Assembly (NCBI RefSeq): GCF_004010195.1
Contig: NC_057719.1
Location: 53,998,582 to 54,033,013, forward strand
Length of the DNA stretch: 34,432 nucleotides
Source: Chiloscyllium plagiosum
Lineage: Eukaryota
Direction: 5' to 3'
The notes under the pieces are model-generated. The model was not told the origin of the DNA. It was given only the letters and a program-made list of their open reading frames with translations, and did no database searches. The translations under genes and the position numbers were made by a program. Of this stretch, positions 10,121-22,595 are shown piece after piece; positions within the stretch are counted from its first letter, which is position 1, and each line of letters starts with the position of its first letter.

Positions 10121-10468
10121 ATGGGTATAGAAAGGATTATTGGTAGGTGTCTTTTTCCTAGGATGGGGGTTTTAAAGACAAGGGGGCATATTTTAAGGTG
10201 ATAGGAGAGAGATTTTAAAAAGACATGGGGTGTAAATGTTTTACACAGAGATTGGTTTGCGTTTGGAATAAACCTCCAGAGGAAGTAATGACTGTGGCCA
10301 CAGTTACAACATTTAATAGAAATTTAGATAAGTACATAAATAGAAAATGTTTGGAGGGATATGGACCAAGAGCAGTCAGATGGGACTAGTTTAGTTTGGG
10401 GTTATGTTCAGCATGGACTGGTTGGACCGAAGGATCTGTTTCCACGCTATATTACTGCATGACTTTAT
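10121..10468 (+). mobile_element. Old CR1, right part (ORF2 end + 3' UTR) continuing 6131-6370
   Basis: Resumes at the G(I)DR position, KTRGH, WNKPPEEV homology, and CR1 3' UTR ending GACCGAAGGATCTGTTTCC...ATGACTTTATA. Confidence 0.85.
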
Positions 10469-10474
10469 AAATAT

Positions 10475-11015
10475 TTAAAATGAATGCTGCTATAACCATT
10501 TCATGCTGGCCTTCCTAAATTAATTCACTTTTAGGCAAATGCCTTTTAATTTTACACCAGATTATTATATTTCAATGTTTTTTTCCAGCACCAAGGTTAA
10601 GTAGTGCAATACCTGCGACGATAGCACTGAGTTTATTCCTGGAAACTTTTTCGAACACCTTCTCTGGCACCTCCTGTGTAAGTCAGGAAAATTAATATAT
10701 TTTGTCTCGTACTCCTACGAAGTTTACCTCGACTACCCTCAGCATTCTCAAATGTAATGTGCCTGATTCTGGTGACTTAACATGCTTATATACGACTAGC
10801 CTTCTCATAGTTCCTCAATATCGATTTTTAGCCTATCCAGTAATTCAGATATTTCATCTTTCACCATGGGCTTGGAGGTAAATTTATTCTTGGTAAAGAC
10901 AGATGCCAACTACTCATTTAGTAGGTCAGCTATGTATTTAGTTCCATGTTTCAGTCTCCTATTAGACTCTAATTGGCCCTTTCCTCATCTTACCACAGTT
11001 TTGCTATTTCATTGC
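10475..11015 (-). mobile_element. Ancient CR1 ORF2 segment (piece 3 of the split element)
   Basis: Minus strand has a decayed SQHG motif near 10500-10512 and NE*LASVFTK near 10888-10920. Confidence 0.6.
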
Positions 11016-12099
11016 CCATTGATAGTAAAAGAATGATATGTGATATGTGGTTGCCACAGTTGCCTGAAAAGTACTTGTGGCTTTGGATGATTTCTACCTT
11101 TTTTCTTTGAGGGCAGGTATAGCCCTGCAAAACAGGTCATCATGCCCTTTCAAATGGCACAATCATTAATTTATAAACCAAAAAGGTTGAATGTTTTAAA
11201 TTGCATGTGTCAACTATGTCAAGGGATAATGCTTTTACCAGTTATAATTGCTTTGTAATATAGAAAAATATTACTAAAAGGAGATGTGAACTTGAAGCTT
11301 AGAATCTTGTATTCATCAGGACCAAAATGCAAGAAAAACAACTTAAGAGTTATAGAGCACGAGAAGTGAGTGATGATTGTTTGGGCAATCGTTTGCATGG
11401 TGATACTCATTAGATTCAAACCGGGGAAGTTGACTTTTGCTGCTCAATGTGTTGTTATGTGAATGAAGATGGATGTGGTTGTGCCCATAACACCTTCCTC
11501 AGGAAAAGGTTGCAATATATGGACATAATACCTTTCCTGTGTGTGAATAAACCTAACTTCAATGATTCACAAATGAATCACTCTTCAAATTCTACTGATA
11601 AACTTGAATTGTTTTCTGATGTAATTCTTAGGGCTGTCACAATTATTCAGTAAATGTTATCCAATAGTAGAACCAGCTCTAACATTAGACACTGTACTCT
11701 GAACTTTACAAGCATGGGCTGGTTGAGCACCAACAGCGCACTGACTGATGCCTATTGTTCAATGTAGACCATCAGTCTTTAGGATGCATTTCCCACATGC
11801 CTGGTATCACTCAGGCACTGAAATTCACGTACCACATGATTAATTTAGGTGTTATCAACATGTGTTTTTAGCTTGACAGCAACATGCTGTTAGTGAAATA
11901 TATTACTTGTATTTTTAATGCAAATTAGCAGCATGAGACTCTTCGACTGACCTGTTGCTCAAATATTTGAGGTATCTTCCCCTTCTAAAGTTACCCAAGG
12001 GAGAAGTGAGACACTTTTGGGGCCAGGAGTAACAGCCTTAAGCCTTTCTTTCTGGCCTTACTTATTCAGCTGCAAACCTTTGTAATTCTCACAGAGAAA

Positions 12100-12232
12100 G
12101 GTGATTAGTTTAACCTGAGGGCTACCACAGGCAAGGTTGAGAAGCCTGGATCTTCATGGTAACCTCAATTGAACCTGTGATGTTGATGTTACTCTGCATT
12201 ACAAGCCAGCCATCCAGCAAACTGAGCTAATT
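12100..12232 (-). mobile_element. Decayed tRNA-derived SINE head
   Basis: Minus strand TTAGCTCAGTTTGCTGG (box A-like) ... CAGGTTCAATT (box B-like). Confidence 0.55.
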
Positions 12233-13299
12233 TACCTCACATTTAGCTATAGTAAAGGCTTCCCAAATAACAGAGTAAGCATTATCACTTTATTTTTAAA
12301 ATTATTTCAGATTTAGATTTTATGTCATATTCTTACATACATATTCCCATCTTAAAGTAACATCAGAACAAACCATGCATGATTTAACTGCAATTTTTAG
12401 TTAACAATTATAAGAAAAACAATAATAATATGGCAAAATATTTTTATTATCACTATTAAAAGTCATTAGGATCATAAATACCAGAAAATAGTAAATAATT
12501 TGCCATTAATGTTTTCAACTATGGTTTTAAAAACAATACTCGCTGAATATTTACATGATAAACACAGGAAACATTTGGGCACTAACTTCAACAGAAAACA
12601 TTTTACACAGACTCCAATTTATTTCAGATGGAGGCTCAGTTAATAGAGTCTATCGTTATCTTGTAACCAGTAAAGCAAAACATCCATGGCAAACAAACAA
12701 TACTCATCCATTCTGTTCACTGTTTCACTAACCAATAAAATAAAAGTATATGTACTCATGCACATCAATATTAACATTATGATCATGTACACAACAATGA
12801 GATCTATTGCCCAATTTTATTTACCAATGAAAAATACAATTATCCATATCTGGATTGCCAACTAACCACATGTAGCTTATGGTTGATGCAATAGATAACA
12901 CTGAACTAAACTGTGCTGAAATGATATTTTGCACAGCATATGGAGTTAAATGAAACATGTAATTATGCTTCATTTTTGCCTCCATTTCCTATAAGCTCAA
13001 CGAAAACTTGGCTGAGAAAATATTGTTTTGCAGAGTAAACTACCTGCGTCAGTCTCCTCTGCCAGTCACCAGCTGTTGTCCACTAACACCAGAGCTTCCA
13101 TGGGAAACATTTGGCATAACTAAAACATCAAAATCACAGTTATGTTCAGAAATATTCAGCTGTCTCTTTGTATGCAGCACAATATCTTTGAAGAACAAGT
13201 TTGAGAGCTGAATTTTAATTTTTTTGTCTGTCAGTTTTGTTAGGTTTTGCAGAAGTTGTTTTTATTAGCCTCTCTAGCAGTGCCTTACTAAACTTGTGT

Positions 13300-15045
13300 C
13301 ATTAAGTACCTAATTCACCCATATAGTGCCCCTCTTGTCCTTGATTTATAAATCACCATCCAACACTTTGCACCTGGAACAACTTGCCACTCACTGGATA
13401 TTCAGTGAAAGACCTTGCTACCTGTGCCACTTCTAAAAGGCATCCATATACTGCCAATCAGGTAGATACCATTCTTCATTCTATTGCAATTTTCATGTTA
13501 ATCCTGCTGTCAGTGTCATCTATTGTCTGTCACTTCTAACCAGTGATTGCAATGTCTTCTCTCTGACGTCTCTTGCAGGTACCAGTGGGATGTCTGTGTT
13601 CCCGGTGGAGAAGCATCGAGCTCTGCAAAAAGTCACCTGCTTGACCTCTGAAGAAGAGAGATCTGAGGCATCATCATAGGATATGTTGACAAGGCTGCCT
13701 CCTGCACCAGATACTGACATTTCATTCAGAACAAAGGCTTAGAGAGAGTAGGAGCACCATCTGGTGAGCGCCTCACTGCACCATTTCCACAGCTGGCATA
13801 GAAAGAAATGCCCCAGGCCACTGGCACTCACAGGACTACCAGAGACCAGGTATCTGCTTGGGTCCCAGGCAGAAGAGGCCCCTGTGGAGTTACCAATCAG
13901 GGACTTTGTCTCCATGCACAGGTGGAACAGGAGCAGTTAACAGGGATATGGGAGGCAATGGCATCAGCATCAGTCAGAGACTGTAGGAATGTGGCTGCAC
14001 TATAGGGACTGTAAGGCTACATCCATTGGTTGCAAATAGACACTGCCATGGAAATGCAGGTTCAGCAACTTCAGAATCAAATCCATTCAATCCATGGCCC
14101 AAACTGAAGACACGGTGACTGTTGGGGAAAAAGGAAATTTATTCACACTCTAGGTGCCCCTTCCTCATAAAGAGGTAGTGAACGCCAGGAGATCCTGAGC
14201 CGGTAGAGCAACCTCACACAAGTGCTTCAGAACTCTCTCCTCAGAACACTCTAGAAGTGGCCAGGACCTCCAACTCCACCTGCCTGACCCCTTCCAAGTT
14301 TTGGAAGTTGAAATCATGGAAGTCCCACTTGCCTCTGATAAGCAAACACTCAGTATGTCTGGGCCATCCAGACACAAGTACACTTGGCAATCACCTGACT
14401 AAATATCCAAGGTCAATGAATTCAATTGCCTAGCAGACCTCTCCATCCCAGCTTTGGAACCTATGATAAGACTGAGCCATGATGGAGTGAAAGAAAAGGA
14501 AAACAAAAGCTTGTGAGGAAACTTTGGTGTTTTGGGTGACTCTTCTAGCATGATGCCTAACTTCATGTCCCAGGATGTACTATGGATAGATGTCTATGCT
14601 GAGAGCCTGCTGCAGCATTGGAAGCAAGATGTACAGTGTGTATATAGGTCAATAGGTTCTGCTGGTACCATTGCCTCTCTTGATGAAACATCTCCCTGTT
14701 CTTTCCCTGGCCTCTGTGTAAAAGTGTTGGTGTGAATGAATTGGAAGGCAATGTGTTGGGTTGGGAGATGTATGACATAGGGCACCATAATGCATTAGGG
14801 TCACAAGGGCTCAGGGGGTGTTGGTCTGTTTCTTCTGCAGTGCAAAGATCTGTGAGTAATGTTGCCCTCTAAAGAGTCTCATATTGATGGGTCTTGCAGG
14901 CCACTCCCTCACAGATGGATTCACCTACCTTACCCAGTCCAGATGTGATCACAGCCATGTTCTTCCCATGCATAGTCACAATTTCCAACAGGATAGAGGG
15001 CAACAGTGAATGCTCTTGAAGCAGTGGCTTTCAACCTCCACTTTT
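13300..15045. mobile_element. Possible highly decayed PIF/Harbinger transposon, left part
   Basis: More GC-rich than flanks; weak minus-strand similarity to transposase motifs (YPVGNCDYA near 14975-15000 vs YPGSCHDA); plus-strand acceptor-like TCTCTTGCAG/G at 13569-13579. By-eye similarity only. Confidence 0.3.
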
Positions 15046-15049
15046 TCTA

Positions 15050-16421
15050 CATTAACTCATGGGTCGTGGGTGTCACTGGCTGGCCAGCATTTATTCTCCA
15101 TTCCTATTTGCCCTTGAGAAGGTGATGGTGAGCTGGTTTCTTGAAAATCTGTAATCTTTGTACTATAGATAGATACACAGTGCCCTTGGGGAGGAAATTC
15201 CAGGATTTTGACTTAGTGGCAGTGAAGAAACACTAATATATTTCAAGTCAGGATGATGAGAGGCGTGAAGGGGAATTTGCAAAACAATGGTGTTCCCAAG
15301 TGTCTGGATGGAAGTGGGCATGGGTTTAGAAGGTGCTGCCTAAGGATCTTTTGTGAATTTCTGCACTGCATCTTATAGATTATATACACTGCTGCTACCA
15401 AGCTTCAGTGGTTAAAGTTAAAAATCACACAGCACCAGGTTATTGTCCAACAGGTTTAATTAGAAGCATACTAGCTGTTAAACCTGTTGGACTATAACCT
15501 GGTGTTGTGTGAGTTTTAACTTTGTACACCCCAGTCCAACACCGGCATCTCCAAATCAAAGCTTCATTGGGGGAGGGAGTGGATGTTTGTGGATGTGGTG
15601 CTAATCAAGTAGGCTGCTTTTTCCAAATGGTGTTTCGTTTCTTGAATGTTGTTGGAACTACACCCATTCAGGCAAGTGGGGAGTATTCCATCACACTCCT
15701 GACTTGTCCCTTGCAGATGGTAGATAGGCTTTAGGATGTTTATAGTGGTGGGTTCAGTGATGGTAACACAATTAAATATCAAGAGGTATTAGATTGTCTC
15801 TTATTGATGATGGTCATTGCCTGGCATTTGTATGGAATTACTGTTAGTTATACTTGTCATCCCAAGCCTAGATATTGTCCAGGTCTTATTGCATTTGAAC
15901 ATGGACTGCTTCAGTATCTGAAGACTCATGAATGCTGCTGAACATTGTTCAATCATGGGTGAACATCTCCACTTCTGACCATGTGGTGGAGGGAAGGTCA
16001 TCGATGAAGCAGCTGATGATAGTTGGGCCTCGGGTACTACCCTGAGGAACTCCCTGCAGAGGTAAACTGGAGTTGAGATGACTGATCTCCAACAACGACC
16101 ACCACCTTCTGATATGTAGGTTTGATTCCAGACTGCAGAGAGTTTGCCATATGATTTCTACTGATACCTGTTTTGCCAGGGCTTCTTGATGCCATACGTG
16201 ATCAAATGCAGCCTTAATGTTCGGGACTGTTACTCTCACCTCACCTCTGTATTTCAGTGCTTAGGTCCATGTTTGAACTAAAATTGTAATGAGGTCAGGA
16301 GCTGATGGCCCTGGCAGAACCCAAAATGGGCATCACTGAGGAGGTTCCTGCTGAGTAATTGTTGCTCAATAGCATTATTGATGATACTTTCCATCACTTT
16401 ACTGTTGATCAAGAGTAGATT
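15050..16421 (-). mobile_element. LINE of a second family (CR1/L2 superclade, possibly Zenon-like), RT and 3' end
   Basis: IKAAFDHVWH, GVPQGSTRGPTIISCFIDDLP, SKVMESIIN..LLSDAHFGF motifs; 3' tail GGAATGGAGAATAAATGCTGGCCAGCCAGTGACACC on the minus strand. Confidence 0.85.
15412..15558 (+). mobile_element. Short palindromic insertion of a different sequence family, same architecture as 1070-1283
   Basis: Imperfect ~46-bp inverted arms 15414-15459 / 15478-15523, 35-nt tail 15524-15558, 12-bp duplication AAGCTTCA(G/T)TGG at 15400-15411 and 15559-15570. Confidence 0.8.
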
Positions 16422-16511
16422 ATAGACAATAGACAATAGGTGCATGTGTAGGCCATTCTGCCCTTCGAGCCAGCACCACCATTCATTATGATCATGACTG
16501 ATCATCCTCAA

Positions 16512-19310
16512 TCAGTATCCTGTTCCATCCTTATCCCCATAACCCTTGATTCCACTATCCTTAAGAGCTCCATCCAACTCTTTCTTGAAAGTATCCAGAG
16601 ACTTGGCCTCCACAGCCTTCTGGGGCAGAGCATTCCATACACCCACCACTCTCTGGGTGAAGAAGTTTCTCCTCAACTCTATTCTAAGTGGCCTACCCCT
16701 TATTTTTAAGCTGTGTCCTCTGGTTCGGGACTCACCCATCAGCGAAAACATGCTTCCTGCCTCCAGAGTGTCCAATCCTTTAATAATCTTATACGTCTCA
16801 ATCAGATCCCCTCTCAGCCTTCTAAACTCGAGCGTATACAATCCCAGTCGCTCCAATCTTTCAGCATAAGATTGTCCCACCATTCCCGAATTGACCTCGT
16901 GAACCTACGCTGCACTCCCTCAATTGCCAGAATGTCTTTCCTCAAATTTGGAGACCAAAACTGCACACAATATTCCAGGTGCGGTCTCACCAGGGCCCTG
17001 TAAAGCTGCAGATGGACCTCTTTGCTTCTATACTCAATTCCTCTTGCTATGAAGGCCAGCGTGCTATTAGCTTTCTTCATTGCCTGCTGTACCTGCATGC
17101 TTGCTTTCATTGACTGATGTACAAGAACACCTAGATCTCGTTGTACTGCCCCTTTATTTAACTTGACTCCATTTAGGTAGTAATCTGCCTTCCTGTTCTT
17201 GCCACCAAAGTGGATCACCACACATTTATCCACATTAAACTGCATCTGCCATGCATCCGTCCACTCACCTAGCCTGTCCAGGTCATCCTATATTCTCCTA
17301 ACATCCTCCTCACATTTCACCCTGCCACCCAGCTTTGTGTCATCAGCAAAGTTGCTAATATTACTTTTAATACCTTCATTTATATCATTAATGTACATTG
17401 TAAAAAGCTGCGGTCCAAGCACTGATCCCTGCGGCACACTATTGGTCACTGCCTGCCATTCCGAAAGGGAGCCGTTTATCACTACTCTTTGTTTCCTGTC
17501 AGCCAACCAATTTTCAATCCATGTCAGTATTTTGCCCCTAATACCATGTGCTCTAATTTTGCTCACTAACCTCCTATGTGGGACTTTATCAAAGGCTTTC
17601 TGAAAGTCCAGGTACACGACATCCACTGGATCTCCCTTGTCCATCTTCAGCGTTACATCCTCAAAAAATTCCAGAATATTAGTCAAGCATGATTTCCCCT
17701 TCATAAATCCATGCTGACTCTGACCTATCTTGTTACTGCTATCCAGATGTATCATAATTTCGTCCTTTATAATTGACTCCAGCATCTTTCCCACCACTGA
17801 GATCAGACTAACTGGTCTGTAATTCTCTGTTTTCTCTCTCCCTCCTTTCTTAAAAGGTGGCATAACATTAGCCACCCTCCAATCTGCAGGAACTTATCCT
17901 GAATCTATAGAACATTGGAAAATAATCACCAATGCATCCACGATTTCTACAGCCCCGTCCTTCAGTACCCTGGGATGTAGACCATCAGGTCCAAGGGACT
18001 TATCAGCCTTCAGACCTAACAGTCTCTCCAACACCATTTCCTGCCTAATATTAATTCCCTTCAGTTCAGGTCCTTCAGCCACTATTACATCTGGGAGATT
18101 GCTCGTGTCTTCCCCAATGAAGACAGATCTAAAGTACCAATTCAACTCTTCTGCCATTTCTCTGTTCCCCGTAATGAATTCACCCATTTCTGTCTTCAAG
18201 GGCCCAATTTTAGTCTTAACCATTTTTTTTGTTTTCACATTCCTGAAAAAGGCTTTACTATCCTCCTTTATATTTTTGGCCAGTTTACCTTCATTTCTTA
18301 TTTTTTCTTTGCGTATTTCCTTTTTAGTTATCCTCTGTTGTTCTTTAAAAACTTCCCAGTCCTCCGATTTCCCACTCATCTTTGCTATGTTATACTTTTT
18401 CCCTTTTGTCTTTATATGGTCCTTAACTTCCCTCATTAGCCACGGCCACCCCTGCCTCCCCTTAGGATCTTGCTTCTGTTTTGGAATGAACTGACCCTGC
18501 ATCTTCTGCATTATACCTAGGAATACCTGCCATTGTTGTTCCACTGCCATCCCTGCTTGGATATTGCACCATTGAACTTTGGCCAGCCCCTCCCTCAGAG
18601 CTCCATAGTTCCCCTTATTCAACTGAAATATTGTCACTTCCAATTCTACCCTCTCCCTTTCAAACTGCAGATTAAAGCTTATTGTGTTGTGGTCACTCCC
18701 TCCTAATGGCTCCCTTACTTCGAGGTCCCTGATCAAATCCGGTTTGTTGCACAATACCAGATCCAGAATTGCCTTTTCCCTGGTAGGCTCCAGCACAAGC
18801 TGTTCTAAGAATCCATCTTGGAGGCACTCCACAAACTCCCTTTCTTGGGCTCCAGTACCATCCTGATTCTCCCAGTCTACCTGCATGTTGAAATCCCCCA
18901 TAACAACTGTAGTAATATCTTTGCGACAGGCCAATTTCAGCTCCTTATTCAACTTACACACTACATCCAGGCTACTGTTTGGGGGCCTGTAAATAACTCC
19001 CATTAGGGTCCTCCTACCCTTAGAATTTCTCAGCTCTATCCATTCTGACTCTACATCCCCTGATTTTAGGTCCCCCTGCGCAAGGGACTGAATATCATTC
19101 CTTACCAACAGGGCCACCCCACCCCCTTCTGCCAGTCAGTCTGTCCTTATGATAGTATGGATAGCCTTGAATATTCATTTCCCAGGCCCTGTCCACTTGA
19201 AGCCACATCTTAGTTATCCCCACAAGTTCATAACTGCCAATTTCCAAATGAGCCTCAAGCTCATCCACCTTATTTCTAATGCTTCATGCATTCATATATA
19301 ATATTATTAA
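16512..19310 (-). pseudogene. CR1 ORF2 (APE endonuclease + reverse transcriptase), broken by a few stops and frameshifts
   Basis: ORFs 17894-19117, 17288-17875, 16814-17245, 16512-16883: GVIYRPPN, MGDFN, GSDHN, YLDFQKAFD, VPQGSVLGP, FADDTK, RPHLEYC. Confidence 0.95.
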
Positions 19311-19488
19311 TTTGTTACTCCCCTCACCCTTCCTATCAATCCCTATTTCACTTGACCTTACAGCATGATCCTTTTTTGAGTTTTCTGCTCCATTGATTCC
19401 GTTGTCTTTCTTGACTTCTCTTGTTCTAACTTTCCCTTTAACTTCCTTCTTAAACTTCCAGTTTGTCCCCTCCACCCCACCCTGCTAT

Positions 19489-20494
19489 TTAGTTTAAACA
19501 CAGCTGTGTTGCAGTGGCAAACCTACCTGCCAGAATGCTGGCCCCCCACCTATTAAGATGCAACCTGTCCCTCTTGTATAATTTATCCTTACCGCTAAAC
19601 ATACCCCAGTGATCCAAGAATTTAAATCCTTGCTTCCTGCACCAGTTCCCCAGCCACACATTCAGGCCCATTATCTCCCTGCTCCTGTCCTCTCCAGCCC
19701 GAGGAACTGGAAGCAAACCGGAGATAACCCCCTGGATGTCCTGCTTTTCAGCTTTCTTCTGAGTTCTCCGGAGTCCCGCTGTAGAATGTCCCTCCTCTTC
19801 TGCCCGGCGTCATTTGTGCCGACATGCACCACCACGTCTGGCTCTTCACCTTCGCCCTTGAGGATTCCCTGCACTCTGTCTGTGATGTCCTTAATCCTGG
19901 TACCAGGAAGGCAACACACCATCCTCAAATCCTGCCTGTTGCTGCAGAAACCCCTTTCAGTCCCTCTCACTATGGAGTCCCCTATTACCACGGCTCTGTG
20001 TGATGTCTGACTCCTCGGCTCTGCCTCCACGCCAATTTCTGATTGGCAGACCTGACCGCCTCTCGGACTGGCAGTGACATCTGTCTCTACGGTTTCCAAG
20101 AGATTCAACCTGTTCCTGACAAGTACTTCCCCCGGGGTCTCTTGCACATGTCTCATATCTGCCTTCCTCATCGTCTTCTCCCTTCTACTCTCTTCTGGTA
20201 TGCTTAGTGTAATAACCTCGCTGAAGGTCCTGTCCAGAAAGATCTAATTCTCTCGGATGAGCCTGAGGTCATCTCATTCGTTCTTCAGTGCTGCTCTGTC
20301 AGAAGCTGAACGTGTACACACTTTTCACAGTTATACGAGCCAGCTACACCAGAGTCCCTGACCTCCCACATCATGCACGCAGTACACTGAATCAGCTTGG
20401 CAGTTATGTCTTCACCCTCTTCAACTGTGGCGTAATCACTTCTCTCAACTTCTTTGTCGAAGACTCCTGAGCCAAAGACTCGCTCTTTTCTCAA
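19489..20494 (-). pseudogene. CR1 ORF1 (zinc finger + SGNH/GDSL esterase domain), disrupted
   Basis: CTACMMWEV..YNCEKC; VVIGDSIVRG, VVVHVGTND and DRLHLN blocks in ORFs 20285-20494, 19671-20171, 19489-19716. Confidence 0.9.
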
Positions 20495-20698
20495 CAGAAA
20501 CTTCCCTTGACCCCCGTGTTTTGTTGCAAGTCTCTGGACTTTTAATTTAAGTTAGAGGAGAAGGGTGGGAGGGAGGCTCTACTGTGTAGGACCTGGGGCC
20601 TAGAAAACCCCTACTTAAATAACACTCACCTACCTTCCCAAAAGTCTCTGTGCTCCGACTTCACTTCCGCCCAGCTCCCGCCGCTCTCTGCTACAAAA

Positions 20699-22595
20699 AG
20701 ATTGATGGGGTGGTAATTGGCTGTGTTGGATTTGTCCTGCTTTTTATGAACAGGAACTACCTGGGCAATTTTCCATATTGTTGGATTCTTACCAATTTTG
20801 TAACTGTACTGAAACAGCTTGGCTAGGGGAGCAAATGCTGGAGCATACATCCGTACTATTGCCAGAATATTGTCAGGTTCCATAGCCTTTGTAATATCCA
20901 ATGTCTTCAACCATTTCTTGATATCTCGTGGAGTGAATCAAATTGACTGAGGACTTATATCTGTGATGCTGGGGACCACTGGATGAGGTCAAAATGGATC
21001 ATCCAATCGGCACTTCTGGCTGAAAATTACTGCAAATTCTTCAGCCTTATCTTTGTACTGATGTGCTGAGCCCTTTCCATTATTGAAGACAGGGTTATTT
21101 GTGAAGCCAGCTCCTCCAGTGAGTTGTTTAGTTATCCATCACCATTCACGGCTGTATGTGGCAGGAGTGCAGAGCTTAGATCTGATCCATTGGTTGTGGG
21201 ATAGCTTAGCTCTGTCTAGCACTTGCTGCTTATGCTGTTTGGCACGCAAGTAGTCCTGTTTGGTAGCTTCACTTGGTTGATACATTATATTCAGGTATGC
21301 CTGATGCTGCTCCTGGCATGCCCTCCTGCACTGTCCATTGAACCAATGTTGATCCCCTGGCTTGATGGTAATGGTTGAGTGGGGCCAGAAGGTTCAGGTT
21401 GTGCTTAAGTAAGATTTTGCTGCTGTTGATGGCTCACAGCACTTCATGGACGTCCAGCCATGAGTTACTTGATCTTTTCAAAGTCTGTCCCATTTAGCAC
21501 ATTGGTAGTGCCATGCAACACAATGGAGATTATTCTCAATGTGAAGGTGGAGGACCTCATCTCCACAAAGACTGTGTGCAGTGATCACTCTAACTGATAT
21601 TGTCATGGACCGATGCACCTGAAGCTGGCCAATTGGTAAGGATGTGATCAAGTATGTTTTTCTCTCTTGTTGGTTCCCTCACCAACTGCTGCAGAATCAG
21701 TCTAGCAACTATGTTCTTTAGGACTGTATCAGCTCCATCAGTAGTCCTGCTGCCAACCCACTCTTGGTGGTTGACATTGATATCTCCCAACCACCCAGTA
21801 CATTTTTGCCCTTGTTGCCTTCAGTGCTTCCTTCAAGTATTTTTCAATGTGATGGAGTATCAATTAATCAGCCAAGCAAGGATGGTACATGGCAATCAGC
21901 AGGAGGTTTCTTTTCCCATGTCGATCCTGAAGCCATAAGACTTCATGGGGTCCAGAGACAATGTTGAGGACTCCCAGGGCAACTCCCTCCTGACCGTTTA
22001 CCACTCTGCCATCACCTCTGCTGAGTCAGTCCTGCCAATGAGACAGGACATATCCAGGGATGGTGGTGTCTGGGACATTATATGTAAGTTATGTAAGTTA
22101 TGATACTGTGAGTATGACTATGTTAGAGCATTGCTTGACTAATCTGTGAGTCAGCTCTCCCAATTTTGGCACTAACCCCCAGGTGTGACAAAGAAGGACT
22201 TTGCAGGTTTGTCAGTGCTGTCTCTGCCGTTGTCTTTCTTAGTGCCTACGTCATTGCCATTTCCTTGTTGTAGCAATTGTTACAACTAAATAGCTTGCTT
22301 GGCCATTTCGGAGTGCAGTTGAGAGTCAACCACATTGATGTAGATCTGTAGTCACATGCACACCAGACCCAGATGAGGAAAGCAGATTTCTTTCCCTGAA
22401 GGGCAGGTGTGAACCAAATATCCTTCCCCCACTTTCTGACAATCAGCAATGGTCATTATTGGATTCTTAATTCCAGATATTTATTTTCTTCAATTCACCA
22501 TCTGCTATGGGGGGATTCGAACCTGGATCCTCAGAATATTAGCTGAGTTTCTGGATTATTAGTCTAACAATAATACCAATGGGCTATCATCTCCC
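20699..22595 (-). mobile_element. Second-family LINE, 5' half: tRNA-like head, APE domain and start of RT
   Basis: LDITKAMEPDNI..WKIAQVVPVHKK..NYHPI; MGDINVNHQEWVGS..EPTREKNILD; APE start GLVPKLGEL..IVILT near 22105-22180; box B at 22513-22523. Confidence 0.85.
22513..22586 (-). promoter_or_regulatory. Pol III type 2 internal promoter (box A / box B) in a tRNA-like head
   Basis: Box A-like TAGCCCATTGG (22576-22586) and perfect box B GGTTCGAATCC (22513-22523) on the minus strand. Confidence 0.7.

Larger units (their letters stand above)
16422..20698 (-). mobile_element. Full-length CR1 LINE (about 4.3 kb) nested in the second-family LINE
   Basis: GC-rich 5' end, ORF1 and ORF2 relics, tail (CTATTGT)n at 16422-16439; AGATT at 16417-16421 and 20699-20703 as probable TSD; host LINE is contiguous across it (NYHPINL|LLINSKVMES). 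Confidence 0.95.

Noticed and set aside
16546..18494. Plus-strand ORFs of 100-134 aa (and similar antisense ORFs at 576-920, 19609-20010, 24158-24400)
   Set aside because: Antisense shadows of CR1 coding sequence.
22080..22103. Short tandem duplications (TATGTAAGT twice here; GGCCAGCAAGA twice at 7681-7702)
   Set aside because: Ordinary slippage or deletion scars in dead elements.
22500..22595. Functional tRNA gene
   Set aside because: Box B is perfect but the acceptor and anticodon stems are degenerate, and homologous heads occur in SINE copies in the window.
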